Positions 25,336 through 39,601 are shown, counted from the stretch's first letter. The stretch is 64,000 nucleotides of DNA from Heptranchias perlo (GCF_035084215.1 NC_090366.1:10106001-10170000), one strand, 5' to 3'. Made by a program: numbers and translations. The notes: generated from the letters alone by a model not told the origin.

Positions 25336-28300
25336 NNNNNNNNNNNNNNNNNNNNNNNNNNNNNNNNNNNNNNNNNNNNNNNNNNNNNNNNNNNNNNNNN
25401 NNNNNNNNNNNNNNNNNNNNNNNNNNNNNNNNNNNNNNNNNNNNNNNNNNNNNNNNNNNNNNNNNNNNNNNNNNNNNNNNNNNNNNNNNNNNNNNNNNNN
25501 NNNNNNNNNNNNNNNNNNNNNNNNNNNNNNNNNNNNNNNNNGGGGGAGGAGAAAGAGAGAGGGGGGAGGAGAAAGAGAGAGGGGGAGGAGAAAGAGAGAG
25601 GGGGAGAAGAAAGAGAGAGGGGGGAGGAGAAACAGAGAGGGGGAGGAGAAACAGAGAGAGGGAGGAGAAAGAGAGACAAGGGGAGGAGAAACAGAGAGGG
25701 GGGGGGTGGAGAAATAGAGAGAGGGAGGAGAAACAGAGAGCAATGGAGAGATGGAAAAGAGGATGAGTGGAGAGAAGAACACAATGGAGAGATGAGCAGA
25801 GAGGAAGAGAGGAGAAATGAAGAGAGACAGAGGAGAGAGAAAGGCAGGGTGAGAAAGGGAGAGGGGAAGAGGAGAGCGAGAGAGAGAAACAGTAACGGTG
25901 GAGTCTAAATCCATCCACTGTGAGGAGGAAATGCTCTCTCGGGATGTGGGGAGAAGGTTTATCGTTCCAAACCTCAAGGAATGGAACATTCCGGAATCGT
26001 CGTCCCCTTTCCCCCACCGGTAGTAGCACATTTTAGGGGAACTGCAAGAATCTGCTTTTATGTTTGCATTCAGCAGAAAATTATTCTGCTAAAAGTGAAG
26101 TTTGTGTTTCCTGTTGCTTTGTTACTCACTGCAGTCAGATATCTGCACTGGCATAAAGTCCCCTCCCTTTTCCCCTGGTGACTGAAGGGAAAGCAAACAC
26201 CAAAGCATCTTTCTCAGATCTGTGCAAAGTGCCTCGGGATGGTGTTTGCTCTGATATTCGGTAAGTCGAGTGACTAATTTGGCAACGGGGTTTGAACGTT
26301 GGATTGTGTAGAAAGGGAGGAATGTTCAACAGGGCCTCAGTGTAGTGAGAGGCAAGTGTCTACAGAGACCCATCAGCAACGACAGTGACACCTTGTGAAC
26401 ACCACAAAAGCAACGTGGGAGGACAGAGCTGTTAAATGATTACACGGCGCTTGCGTTCGTATAGCGCCTGTAACGTCGAGGAACGGTCGAAGGCGCTTCA
26501 CGGAGGAAAATGGCCGCCAAGCCAACGTTGGAGGTGTTAGGAGGATGAACAGAGCCTCGGTCAACGAGATGGGGGTTTAAAGGAGATCCTTAAAGGAAGA
26601 GAGGGAGCCACAGAGGCGAAGGGGTTTGAGGAGGGAATTCCAGAGACAAAGGGGCAGGAGGAGGCCATTCAGCCCCTCGAGCCTGTTCCGCCGTCCTATT
26701 CGATGGTGGCTGATCTGTACCTCCCAGGCACGGCCGCCAACGATGGGGCGAGGGGAGAGGGAAGGATTCACAAGAGGTCGGAGTCAGAGGAACGCAGAGT
26801 CTGTAGGAGGGGGGGTGGAGTTGTCACGGAGACGGTGAGGTACACATCGTTCCCCTTGAAGTTAAATGACTCACTTTGAGTTGGCCTCGATTAACAGTAA
26901 CTCAGGAGTGAACTTACAGAGCAATTGAAAGGAACTATTCTCTTCGGGACAGTGCAGTTGGGAGCAGGAATGTGTTTTCTCAGGACACTTACAAATACAA
27001 CATTTCATTTATATAGCACCTTTAACGTAGTAAAACGTCCGAAGGTGCCTCGCAGGAGCGGACATCAGACAAAATTTGACACCGGGCCTCATAAGGAGAT
27101 ATTAGGACAGGTGACCAAAAGCTCGGCCAAAGAGGTAGGTTTTAAGGAGCGTCTTAAAGGAGGAGAGAGAGGCGGAGAGGGAATTCCAGAGCTTGGGAGG
27201 AGGCAGCTAAAGGCACGGCCGCCAACGGTGGGGCGAAGGAAATCGGGAATGCACAAGAGGCCGGAATTGGAGGAGCACAGAGATCTTGGAGGGTTGTAGG
27301 GCTGGAGGAGGTGACAGAGATAAGGAGGGGGGTGAGGGCCATGGAGAGATTTGAAGGCAAGGATGAGAATTTTAAAATGGACGCATTCCCGGACCGGGAG
27401 CCAATGTAGGTCGGCCAGCACAGGGGGTGATGGGTGAACGGGACTCGGTGCGAGTTCGGATACGGGGGCAGCAGATAAGGTGGATCCCACCCTCTGGAAC
27501 TCTGTGGTGGATCCCGATTGGTATTTCATTTGTTGCGGATTGAGTGGGCCCCTGTGCTAAAAATTGCAGTGTGGGTTCTGTACATCTGGGTCTTTGTGCC
27601 ACGATTAAGGCCGCGGGTCGACGGTTTTCACGAGCACGTGAACCGGATGGCAGAGTGCGATTCGCCAAAGCACTGGGCAAGCTTCTGAGATCTCTCAAGA
27701 CAGAAACGGAATTGGACTTTATGAGGGGGTGGGGGGAGGAGCTTCTGACTCGGAAGCGAAAATACTATCAACTGAAACTTGCACGCCCTCATTCGCTCTC
27801 GGGATGTGGGCAAGGCTGGCATTTAATGCCCATCGCCACACTGGTCTTCTTCTTGACCCATTGCGGTCCATGTGGTGAAGGTACTCCCACAGTGCACTTT
27901 AGATTAGGATTTTGACCCAGCGACGATGAAGGAATAGCCGAGATATATCCAAACCAGGATGGTATGTGAACTGACGGGGAACCTGAAGGTGATTTCAATA
28001 TGCTTTCCCTTTCTGCATGAGCGGCCGTTGTCTCTTTCTCTCTCCGACTAAAATACTTCCTTATCTTTAAGCTTCTAGCACTAATGAAGGGCAGGACGAG
28101 AAACATTCATCTGTCCTTCCTCCTTACACATGCTGGCCGAACAAACTATTCCCTGTTTCAGGCTCGGTTTCTTCCAACATTTTATCTTTGGACTTGCTTA
28201 TGTTAACCGATCTATTTAAAAAATCAACATGAGGTCAGGAAAGTTGTGGGTCTGTATTCCAGTGTCTCTCTCCTCCAACCCGATCGCTATTTCCAGAAGA

Positions 28301-28599
28301 GATTCCCTCCCCTCCTTCCCCTTTCCGTTCTGTTCCTCCCATTCCGGCTTTTGCTTCCAAGTCCTGTGTCCCCTTGGGCTTAGAAGATCGAGGGGTGAGC
28401 TAATCAAAATGATAAACGGATTCGAAAGGGTAGATAGAGCGAAACTATTTCCTCTCATTGATTCACACAGAGCAGAAGGAGGCCGTTCGGCCCATCGTGC
28501 CTGTGCCGGCTCTTTGAAAGAGCTATCCAATTAGTCCCACTCCCCCCCCTGCCCTTTCCCCTTAGCCCTGCAAATTATTCCCCTTCAAGTATTAATCTT

Positions 28600-28862
28600 T
28601 TTTTTTATTATTCGTTCATGGGATGTGGGCGTCGCTGGCAAGGCCGGCATTTATTGCCCATCCCTAATTGCCGCTTGAGAAGGTGGTGGTGAGCCGCCTT
28701 CTTGAACCGCTGCAGTCCGTGTGGTGAAGGTTCTCCCACAGTGCTGTTAGGAAGGGAGTTCCAGGATTTTGACCCAGCGACGATGAAGGAACGGCCGATA
28801 TATTTCCAAGTCGGGATGGTGTGTGACTTGGAGGGGAATGTGCAGGTGGTTTTGTTCCCATC
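28600..28862 (-). mobile_element. LINE 3' end, likely partner of the second SINE family (degenerate copy at ~27790-28000)
   Basis: Minus strand encodes FIVAGSKSWNSLP...GLQRFKKAAHHHLL, followed by the tail shared with the SINE. Confidence 0.65.
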
Positions 28863-30021
28863 TGCACGTTCCCCTCTGGTTGGGGGGGGGGAATCCAGGA
28901 CAAGGGGGAACGATCCTCAAATTAGAACTAGGCCGTTCAGGGGTGAATTCAGGAGAAACGTCTTCACACAAGGGGAAGGAGAAAAGTAGAATTCTTTCCC
29001 CCAAAAGACTGTGGATGCTGGAGGTCAACTGGGGCTTTCATGACCAAGATCGATAGATTTTTGTTGGGTAAGGGGATCAAGGGCAGGTAAATTGAGTTGA
29101 GATGCAGACCAGCCATGATCTGATTGAATGGCGGAACAGACTGGAGGGGCTGAGCGGCCTCCGAACATGCCAGTTAAACTCAGCGTAAAAAAGAGAGGCA
29201 CTTTGCCGCCAACGAAATCACTGAAGATCAAACCAAAACATTGCCGGTGAGAGTGTGAAACCTGATCTGTGTGAGACCACTTCCTGAACGCATTCTCACA
29301 CCTCTTGCTTTTTGTGTGGTCTAGAGACAGATCAGTGGCACAGCATCCGACCACCTAGCCACGATGACACAAATGAATGGGACAAAAGTGAGAGAGAAAG
29401 AAAGACTTTGTATTTGTACAGCACCTTTGAACACCTCAGGACGTCCCAAAGCCAATGGTGTACTTTTGAAGTGTAATGTAGCAGCCAACTTGCGCACAGC
29501 AAGATCCCACAATGTGATAAATGAGCACTTCATCTGTTTTTTTAGTGGCAAATGTTAGTCAGGACACTGGGGAGAACTCCCCCTGCCCTTTATTAAATAG
29601 TAGCAATGGGATCTTTTTACATTAACCTGAGAGGGCAGACAGGTCCCCAGTTTAACGTCACATCTGAAATTCGGCCTCTCCGACAGTGTAGCGCTCCCTC
29701 AATGTTGCACTGGGAGTGTCGGTCTGGATTAAGTGTATTGGGCCTCTGGAGTCAGATGTGAACCAAAAACCTCCTGCTTCAGCAGCTGGAGTGAGGCCCA
29801 CTGAGCCATGGCAGGGCTGGGCCAACAATCTTTATTTCTAAACCGATTAACCTGAGCATGATTCGGGGCCGTTTGAGGAATTTAACCAACGTTTCGATCC
29901 AGGCATTCATGAGTCTTCGAGTTGAGGGATTAAGACTACTGATGCAGAGAAGTCAAAAGGATGTTCAGTTGGGAAACGGAGCGGATTTTGGACTGAGGCT
30001 GTGAATATAAAGAGAGGAACC

Positions 30022-31000
30022 TTTGGGAGTGTTGAGGGAAATTTACTCTGTGTCTAACCCGTGCTGAACCTGCCCTGGGAGTGTTTGATGGGACAGTGTA
30101 GAGGGAGCTTTACTCTGTATCTAACCCCCTGTACCTGCCCTGGGAGTGTTTGACGGGACAGTGTAGAGGGAGCTTTACTCTGTATCTAACCCCCTGTACC
30201 TGCCCTGGGAGTGTTTGACGGGGCAGTGCAGAGGGAGCTTTACTCTGTATCTAACCCCCTGTACCTGCCCTGGGAGTGTTTGACGGGACAGTGTAGAGGG
30301 AGCTTTACTCTGTATCTAACCCCCTGTACCTGCCCTGGGAGTGTTTGACGGGACAGTGTAGAGGGAGCTTTACTCTGTATCTAACCCCCTGTACCTGCCC
30401 TGGGAGTGTTTGACGGGACAGTGTAGAGGGAGCTTTACTCTGTATCTAACCCCCTGTACCTGCCCTGGGAGTGTTTGACGGGACAGTGCAGAGGGAGCTT
30501 TACTCTGTATCTAACCCCCTGTACCTGCCCTGGGAGTGTTTGACGGGGCAGTGCAGAGGGAGCTTTACTCTGTATCTAACCCCCTGTACCTGCCCTGGGA
30601 GTGTTTGACGGGGCAGTGCAGAGGGAGCTTTACTCTGTATCTAACCCCCTGTACCTGCCCTGGGAGTGTTTGACGGGACAGTGTAGAGGGAGCTTTACTC
30701 TGTATCTAACCCCCTGTACCTGCCCTGGGAGTGTTTGACGGGACAGTGTAGAGGGAGCTTTACTCTGTATCTAACCCCCTGTACCTGCCCTGGGAGTGTT
30801 TGACGGGACAGTGTAGAGGGAGCTTTACTCTGTATCTAACCCCCTGTACCTGCCCTGGGAGTGTTTGACGGGACAGTGCAGAGGGAGCTTTACTCTGTAT
30901 CTAACCCCCTGTACCTGCCCTGGGAGTGTTTGATGGGACAGTGTAGAGGGAGCTTTACTCTGTATCTAATCTATGCAATCCCTGCCCTGGGAGTGTTTGA
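30022..31000 (+). repeat. 65-bp satellite array 2
   Basis: Same unit, mostly the gacggg variant. Confidence 0.95.
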
Positions 31001-32632
31001 TAACGACACTGATTGGGTGAAATAATGTAGTCCACTGCCAGTGTGACGGGCTAGAAATTGACAAAAACGATTGGAGAAATATAATAGAGTGAGAGAGCGA
31101 TGATATCTGAATAAGGACATGTAACATTGGAAGTGAAACATGGCTTTTTATTTCACTGACAGTCGGACAGACCTAAAAGCAGTTTGGATACTCAAAACTG
31201 GACTGTTGCTCTTAGTTGACCATTTCGGAAAATCAGTCCACTTCCTGGCATGCTCGGACTCTCCCTTAAACAGTTCTGAGCCAATGACACCCTCTGCAGT
31301 TGATGGGAAGCAGGGTTAGCAAATGTGAGTCAGATCTGACACTTCTAGTTTTTAATCAGAAAGCTTTGCAGCTGCATCTTATTGCACTTGTCCTTGACAT
31401 CGCCGGCATCAAAGGGCTTGTGCGAGCGAGCTCGGCAAAAAAAAAGGAAGCAGTAGATTGGTTTTACAAATTCAGCTTTTTGCAGAAATATCTGTGTGGG
31501 GGCCCGTTGTCATCTGCGGCTGAACCCCGCCACCCAGTGTGAATTTGTGACCATTGCATTTCGCCAACTTTGACACGCGAAGGAGGTGGGAAAGCAGGGA
31601 GGGCGAGATCAGCACCCTAGCCAATTGGGTGAGTCTTGACCCGGGGCCAACTTTGTCACTTCCCCATCTGTGATGGGCCTGCTGCTGAGAACTGCTGAGA
31701 GCAAGCGTGAAAAATCACACATCAGCAACTGATGGGGAACCAATGGTTTGGAGTCAGTAACAAAAAAAAAGGTACAAATACTTTCAAAAGTTACCTCAAT
31801 CCTTCCAAGGGTCATTTGGAGGTGAGAACCCTTTGGACAGTTCAGTAAATTTAGGGCTTGTCGTCTAGTGTTGGAGACATACAACACTCAAACCCACTTT
31901 CATTTATAACGTACTGGTTTGGAATTGTGATATTTACTGTGAAGTGTGCGTGTCTTTAAATTTAATGAAATGAAATATATTTGAAAAATTAATTATTTTT
32001 TTATTCAGTGCCACTCATGACCTCAGGACGTCCCAACGTGCTTTACGGCCAATGAAGTACCTTTTTTTGAAGTGTTGCAATGTAGGAAACGCGGCAGCCA
32101 ATTTGCGCACAGCAAGATCCCACAAAACAGCGATGTGATAATGACTGAGATCATCTGTTCTTTTTTGTGATGTTGGTTGAGGGTTAAATATTGGCCCCAG
32201 GACACCGGGGAGAACTCCCCGCTGCTCTTCTTCGATTAGCAGGGCTGGCATTTATTGCCCATCCCTAGTTGCCCCTTGAGAAGGTGGACGTGGGCCTTCT
32301 CCTTGAAAGTGGGTTTGATACAACTTGCTATGCCGCTTCAGAAAGTAGTTAAGAGTCGACTACAATAGTGCGGGGATTGGAGTCACATATAGGCCCAGAC
32401 CGGGTAAGGACGGCAGGTTTCCTTCACAAAGGGATATTAAAATCTTCCCAAGGGCAGGAATTTCATGGATCTAAATTATTATATTGATGAAGAGGAGCTG
32501 CAAAATAAGAAAACTATATTAAACCATTAAACATTCCCTGAAAGTAGCAAAGATTCAGAGCCATATGCTTGAACTGTCTCTTGGCAGTTGACGTAGCTTC
32601 CCTTCGATAGCTGGGTGTGACAAGGGTGCAAG

Positions 32633-33018
32633 GGTGCGGTAGCATAGCGGTTATGTTACTGGACTAGTAATCTGGTAGACGAGTTCAAATCTTCTCAAAG
32701 GGAGCTGGGGAATTTAAATTTAATTAATTAAATAAAATCTGGAATATAAAGCTAGTGGTAACTATGAATTGTTGTAAAAACCCATCTGGTTCACTAATCC
32801 CCTTTAGGTGAGGGAAACCTGCTGTCCTTACCCAGTCTGGGCCGATTGTGATTCCAGGACTCAAAGCAATGTGGCTGATTCTGAAATGGTCCTCACAAGC
32901 CACTCAGTTGTACAATCAAAGAATGGCGGCTCACCGACCACCTTCTCACGAGCAATTAGGGATGGGCAATAAATGCTGTCCTTGCCAGCGATGCCCACAT
33001 CCAATGAATCAAAAAAAA
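32633..33018 (+). mobile_element. Second tRNA-derived SINE family. Others: ~46078-46590 + (split by a CR1 tail), 32240-32440 -, 22200-22392 -
   Basis: Head gtagcatagcggttatgttactggactagtaatc...gagttcaaatc. Its tail gggatgggcaataaatgc...gcccacatcc is shared with the LINE end at 28600-28860. Confidence 0.65.
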
Positions 33019-33789
33019 TGGATTGGACTCCATGCATGGGTAGGACTTCCATCCATGGACATTGGCACATGAGAGCTGAGTGCTGTTGTGAGTACACTGG
33101 CTGGTCACATTTGTTAGTATACTCCCATCAAAAGCACCATGTTGGAGTGCTTTGGGACGTCCTGAGGTCATGAACAGGCGCTATATAAATGCAAGTTTCT
33201 TCCTATGGAGATGTGGTCAGCATGCATTTATTACGGAGACTGTGTGGGTCTGATAACCAGTCTCTACTCCCTGGATCATTGTATATCTGTTTAAAGGTTT
33301 GTAAGTGAGTTTAACCACACTGATCAACGAGCAATAGTACCTTGCATTCATGTGGCACCTTTAGCATAGTAAGAGTCTCAGGAGCGATTATCAGACAGAA
33401 TTTGACACCGGGAGACATTAGGTTATCATCCCATTGAATTAGCCCAGTTTCTGGAAAGACGAGAATATCTCCCAAACTAGTCACATAGATTGGGGCTGGG
33501 ACATGGGGAGAGTTTATCTCGCTCATCGTGATGTGATTCGCGTTTAACGTGTCCAGGAATCTTTGCAAACGCAAAGGACTGGAGAGGGGGAAGCCAAGAT
33601 GTTACAATGCAGCAGTCAAAGGAGGCAAAAATAAAGGGGGATGTTCTGATTCTGGGATGGAAGGAAAGCTTCACATCATTATAAAAGCTTCACATCATTA
33701 TAAAAAACTTAAAAGCTACTTAGTTCCAAGACCTACCAGCTTCAGGGACAGGCATTCCAGGCCTGGTAGAAGTGCATAAGCTCTCAGGC

Positions 33790-35218
33790 GATAAATTGGC
33801 CCGTTGTTTTGGTGCTACATGGCCTCTCCGACATCCAAGATGGCGTCTTGGATGCGCATGCACGTTTCCAGCGTGACGTACGCCGGACGCCATCTTGGTA
33901 TCGGAGTTGGCGCAGGCGCAGATAACGAACGCTGGAAGCTTGTAAAGTAAGGAGAAAATTGGCTTTAATCAGTGTGCAACGTTGGTTTAAAGTGATAGAC
34001 ACCATTTTGGGACTTAACGCTCAACTCAACGCACTGTCTAAACCCCGACCAGCTGAACGTGTCTTAGAGTGCCTGGAGGAGCCCCCCACCAGCGCTATTT
34101 AAAGGGACCATGCAGGGTTTCCAGGTTAATGGCTGGATTATTGCTTCGGGCTGCCGAGACATTTGTAACTGTTTTTGGAGGTCTCTAGACTTCAGTACTA
34201 GGACTAGGGGACATAGACTCACATTTAGAGCCAGGACGTGCAGGAGTGAAGTTAGGAAATGCTTCTACACGCAAAGGGTGGGAGAAGTTTGGAATTCTCT
34301 TCTGCAGACAGCAGTTGATGCTAGCTCAGTTGTGAATGTTAAATCTGAGATTGATCGATTTCTGTGAACCAAGGGATATGGGGCTAAGGCGGGTATATGG
34401 AGTTAGGTCACAGGTCCACCATGATCTCATTGAATGGTAGAACAGACTCGAGGGGCTAAATGCCACTGCCACTTGCTGCCTCCTGATATGCGCCACCTTC
34501 TCCTGCAAGAGAGCGGGAGGTGGTGTCCGGGTGATGTGACTGTCATGGTTGAATAGCTGCCAATGTGTGTGGCCTGTGAGTTGTGGATGGGCGGCTTGAA
34601 ACAGCGGTAATGTGCGAGGGTGAGAGGAAGCATCTGATTGGAAGAGTTGAGTACTGATGGAATGAGTTTGTTGGTAGGTGGGTGTTGGGTGTAGTGTGTG
34701 GAGCAGTGGATGCGGCTAATGGTGCAGTTGGTAGGAGATGCCCCTTGACAGTTGACCTCACTCACCTTGACCACTCATGTCAAAGCATTGAACTTCTTCC
34801 TGCACTGCATCCATCTTCATGATGAGTGGAGGAAGTGAGATTTAGATTTAGTGGTGCGCAACCTTTATTCAATGTTTTTAACATAAGTCATCAGAGTGTA
34901 AACATAAGGATGGGAACTGCAACTGTGTTTTACGTGTGCGATGTCTGGTCTCCGTTCAGACTGTGGACTGTTATTTTCAGCAAATAACAGGTACCAGCTA
35001 CCTTTAAGAGATTTCCAAGAAACATCTACCTTTAAGAGAGTGGGCTCCCTCTGGTGGTGGAACGTGCGAATTGCATTGATTCCACGTGCAAAGCCCGGAA
35101 TGGAACGCTGATTGTCGGTGAGACCTCCAGCCGGCCGAAACTCGTGTCCTGCCTGCGCAGGGGTCATTGGGCGGGGGATAACAGTGCATCACACTGCCCG
35201 CGCCCAAAAATGGCCCTT
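33790..35218 (-). mobile_element. PIF/Harbinger-derived element with a Myb/SANT ORF remnant
   Basis: Minus strand reads WMQCRKKFNALT*VVK, a gt..ag intron at 34765-34503, then EKVAHIRRQQ. The ends are GC-rich. Boundaries are uncertain and a CR1 tail interrupts it. Confidence 0.55.
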
Positions 35219-35356
35219 ATCCAAATATTCCACCTTCTTTTCTCTGATTAGATTTAAACGCGCTGATTGCTTCAGACAATTTTCTTTCAGTTCTCAACCC
35301 TCGGCCAAAGTCAGCTAATTACCAATTACCGCAGGTGTGTCGCTGGGAGCAGGCCC

Positions 35357-35857
35357 CTGGGAGTGTTTGATGGGACAGTGTAGAGGGAGCTTTACTCTGT
35401 ATCTAACCCTGTACCTGCCCTGGGAGTGTTTGATGGGACAGTGTAGAGGGAGCTTTACTCTGTATCTAACCCCCTGTACCTGCCCCGGGAGTGTTTGATG
35501 GGACAGTGTAGAGGGAGCTTTACTCTGTATCTAACCCTGTACCTGCCCCGGGAGTGTTTAATGGGACAGTGTAGAGGGAGCTTTACTCTGTGTCTAACCC
35601 TGTACCTGCCCTGGGAGTGTTTGATGGGACAGTGTAGAGGGAGCTTTACTCTGTATCTAACCCCCTGTACCTGCCCTGGGAGTGTTTGATGGGACGGTGT
35701 AGAGGGAGCTTTACTCTGTATCTAACCCCCTGTACCTGCCCTGGGAGTGTTTGATGGGACGGTGTAGAGGGAGCTTTACTCTGTATCTAACCCCCTGTAC
35801 CTTCCCTGGGAGTGTTCAATGGGACAGTGTAGAGGGAGCTTTACTCTGCATCTAACC
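35357..35857 (+). repeat. 65-bp satellite array 3
   Basis: Same unit. Confidence 0.95.
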
Positions 35858-36945
35858 AATAACTTAGCCGTAAATCACGTGTGACTGAGCAGTAATCCAC
35901 ATGTGACTAATTGCATTTTTGATTCATAAAATAAATGAGTAATAGACACTGCTGGAGGGTTTGTGATTTGGGTTTCTTTCTGATTTTTCACCTCTCCCAG
36001 GAGATTACATGTCTGCGGTGTCTGGGCATATTGCTCCAGGCTGCATGAGGGTTCAGCAGGCTTGGTTAACTCGCTGGTCTTTCCCTGCCTACCATTTTTG
36101 TATGTTTCCCGTCTCAATACTCATGTTCACATGGCGTACGCTCGTGAACTTTGGTCTTTTTTTTTTTGCGTTTGCCGGCAAGATGAAAGACAGAGTGGGC
36201 GAGTGCTTTTTTGATTCATTGTGGGTCCTTAATTCCTCACGGAGTTATCGAATGATGCGACACGGAAGGAGGCCGTTCAGCCCATCGTGCCTGTGCTGGC
36301 TCTTTGAAAGAAGCGTCCAATTAGCCCCGCTCTGCCCTGCCCTTTTCCCGCAGCCCCGCAAATTTTGCCCCTGCAAAATATTTGAAAGTTCCGATTGAAT
36401 CTGCTTCCCTTTCAGGCAGTGCTTTCCAGACCATAATAACTCGCTGCGTAAAGGACCCAAAATTAATTATTATTTATTTAATACTGGGTGGCGGTAAATG
36501 TTTGTGAAGTAAATATGCAGTTGTACACAGCTGCATTGTGTGTAAGGAATTTTCCACTAAAATTAGTGCCCAGCACTGCCACGATGGGCCGAATGGCCTC
36601 TTTCTGTGCTGTACTGGCTCTGATACTCTGTACCGTGCTATAATGTGGTTCGAACAGTGTGGCTGAGGCTAGTCAGTGGTTTCTAATGAACAGCATGGTC
36701 TAACCCACGATGTACGTATGATGCTGACGCTCGGGACTTAAGTATGTCATCTCCCAGCGCGAGCTTCCCTCGGACTGAAGTGGGAAAAGCTGCTGAAAAA
36801 TAATTGAATAACCCAACGCAGGAAAAGGGAAAAAGGGTATGGGCGTGACGTTCTGGGATTCCAGAGAATTTTACCACGGACTTCCTCACATTCTCCCACA
36901 AGCTCACACCAGCCTTGACGGAGGGGCTGAAAGGCCTGTCTCTGC

Positions 36946-37691
36946 AGATGCCAATCCTTCAGGATTGTCCTGGAGTCTCCAGAAATTGAAGATTAAATCT
37001 CATTGACAAATTCGTACAGGGTAGATGCAAGGAGGATGTTCCCCATGCCTGGGGGAGGGAGGGTGGTGTCTGGATCCAGGGGGTCACAGTCTCAGAATAA
37101 AGGGGTCGGCCATTTAGGACTGAGATGAGGAGAAATTTCTTCACTCAGAGGGTGGTGAATCTTTGGATTTCTCTACCCCAGAGGGCTGTGGTTGCCAAGT
37201 CATTCAAAGCAGAGATCGATAGATTTCTAGACATTAAAGGCATCAAGGGATATGGGGATGGTGCAGGAAAATGGCCTTGAGGTAGAAGATCAGGCATGAC
37301 CTGATTGAATGGCGGAGCAGGCCCGAGATGGCTGACTCCTGCTCCTGTTTCTTATGTTCTTATGTTCTCCTAGGACACTTGCTGCGAGCAAAAGCCCCAG
37401 GAGAAAAACCACGGGGAACTCAAAACAAAATTTCCATTTTACTTTGAACGCTCTCATTTCTTAGTTATTGAAATATCGGAGACAGAGAAAAAAAAACAGG
37501 CTGTTTGACTAACAGTCGAGATGAATCCAATTGGGTAAGGAAGAGTCTGTTCGCTTTCCAATTGGTCGTGAAAAAGCGGAGGGGGGTGGGGTGGAGCCTG
37601 GAGGATGGACCAATGGCGGAGGGACGGTTCGAGGCAGGAGGTCATGTGACGAAATCTCCAGGAATACGTCCAACCAGAGTTGGCAACCCTC
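36946..37691. mobile_element. Same hAT-type MITE family in the opposite orientation, interrupted by a CR1 3' end (fragments also at ~2095-2178 and ~18743-18920)
   Basis: caggattgtcctggagtctccag...gattaaatctc, then CR1, then gctgcgagc...ccaaccagagttggcaaccct; colinear with the reverse complement of 45628-46008. Confidence 0.75.
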
Positions 37692-39601
37692 AGTAAGGGC
37701 GTTCAGTGATAATCACCGTGCTTTCCCATTCACGATATGTGTTGAAATGCAACAGAGGGAATTAAATGGAAAGGCCCCATTCCCTGATCATGAGCAAGGA
37801 CATTAATATTTGGTTTTCCCAGGTAATAGGCTCCTGAAAACAAGGACAACAATCCCAAAATATAAGAGACGAGTTTGGTTAATTCAGTGAAGCAGAAATC
37901 CAGATTCTGGGCACCGCAGCTCAGGAAGGAGATATTGGCCTTGGAGGGGGTGCAGAGCAGATTCACCAGAATGATACCGGGGCTAAAAGGGTTAAATTAC
38001 GAGGACAGGTTGCACAGAATTCCCTTGAATATTGAAGATTAAGGGGTGATCTAATTGAGGTGTTTAAGATGATTAAAGGATTTGATAGGGTAGATAGAGA
38101 GAAACTATTTCCTCTGGTGGGGGGTGTCCAGAACGAGGGGGCAAAACCTTAAAATTAGAGCCAGGCCGTTCAGGGGTGATGTCGGGGAAGCATTTCTTCA
38201 CACAAAGGGGAGTGGGAATCTGGAACTCCCTCCCCCCAAAAAGCTGTCGAGGCCGGGGGGCCAATTGAAAATTTCAAAAACTGAGATTGATCGATTTTTG
38301 TTGGGTGAGGGGATTAAGGGTTACGGAACCAAAGCCGGTAAATGGAGTTAAGATACAGATCAGCCGTGATTTTAAATGAATGGCGGAACAGGCTCGAGGG
38401 GCTGAATGGCCTCCTCCTGTCCCTATGCTTACAGCCAACGATGGACTTTTTTTGAAGTGTAGTCACTGTTGTAATGTAGGAAACGCGGCAGCCAATTTGC
38501 GCACAGCAAGATCCCACAGACAGCAATGTGATAAATGACCAGATCATCTGTTTTTAGTGATTTTGGTTGAGGGATGGATATTGGGCCCAGGACACCGGGG
38601 AGAACTCCCCCCTTGCTCTTCTTCGAAATAGCGGCCGTGGGATCTTTTACGTCCAACCTGAGAGGGGCAGACGGGGGGCCTCGGTTTAACGTCTCATCCG
38701 AAAGACGGCACCTCCGACAGTGCAGCGCTCCCTCAGTACTGGCACTGGGAGCGTCAGCTTAAAAACTTATCCCTTAAACGCACACTGAAGGATTGAAAGA
38801 CTCGTCTGTGAGGGTGTTAGCATGCACTGTTTTATCCCCTAAATGCCTTTTGTGGTGTCAGCCTGATATGTTTGAGGCAATTTAGCGGTTACTGCTTTTG
38901 GACGTTCCTGTTTTCAGTACCCACGGTCTCCCTGGTGTAACTTCCTAAACATAAAACCAATTAGCTATAGACCACATTCTGATACAGCCCTGGACAATGC
39001 AGGTCAGAAGCTGCAACTCGTTGAAATGCCTGGAGTCAGGGCGAAAATATTCAGCTGTCAGGAGACTTTGCAACTTTCAGTTTTCATTTGACTTTGACCC
39101 TTGCTGGATGTGAACAGACTGCCGGGGAACTGGAACAAAACACAGCAGGTCACGGAGATAGGGAGAGAAAAGGAGACACAGAGATGCACACTGAGTGGGA
39201 GGGGGAGAGTGGGGGAGCTGGGGAGGGGAGAGAGAAGGAGAAGGGGAGAGTGGAAGAATGGGGTGGGGAGTGAGAGGGGGAGAGGGAGGCAGAAGGGGAG
39301 AGGGATGAGTGAGAGAGGGAGAGGGAGAGATTACTACAACCCTCCCACACAAACTCTCTGTTGTTCCCATTCCAGCCTCTTGTGCATCCCCCCATCCTTA
39401 ACCCCGCCATCGGTGGCCTAGGACACTGGAATTCTCCCCCTAAACCCCTCTGCTTCTCTCCTTCTTTAAAACCCACCTCTTTGACCAAACGTTTGGTCAG
39501 CCCTGCTCCCTCCCTCTAAGGTCTCCCCCTTTGCCTTGACACCCAGCTTCCTTCCTTGCCCCTCTCTGAAGCATTAGGACATTAAAAGCACTGAATAAAT
39601 A

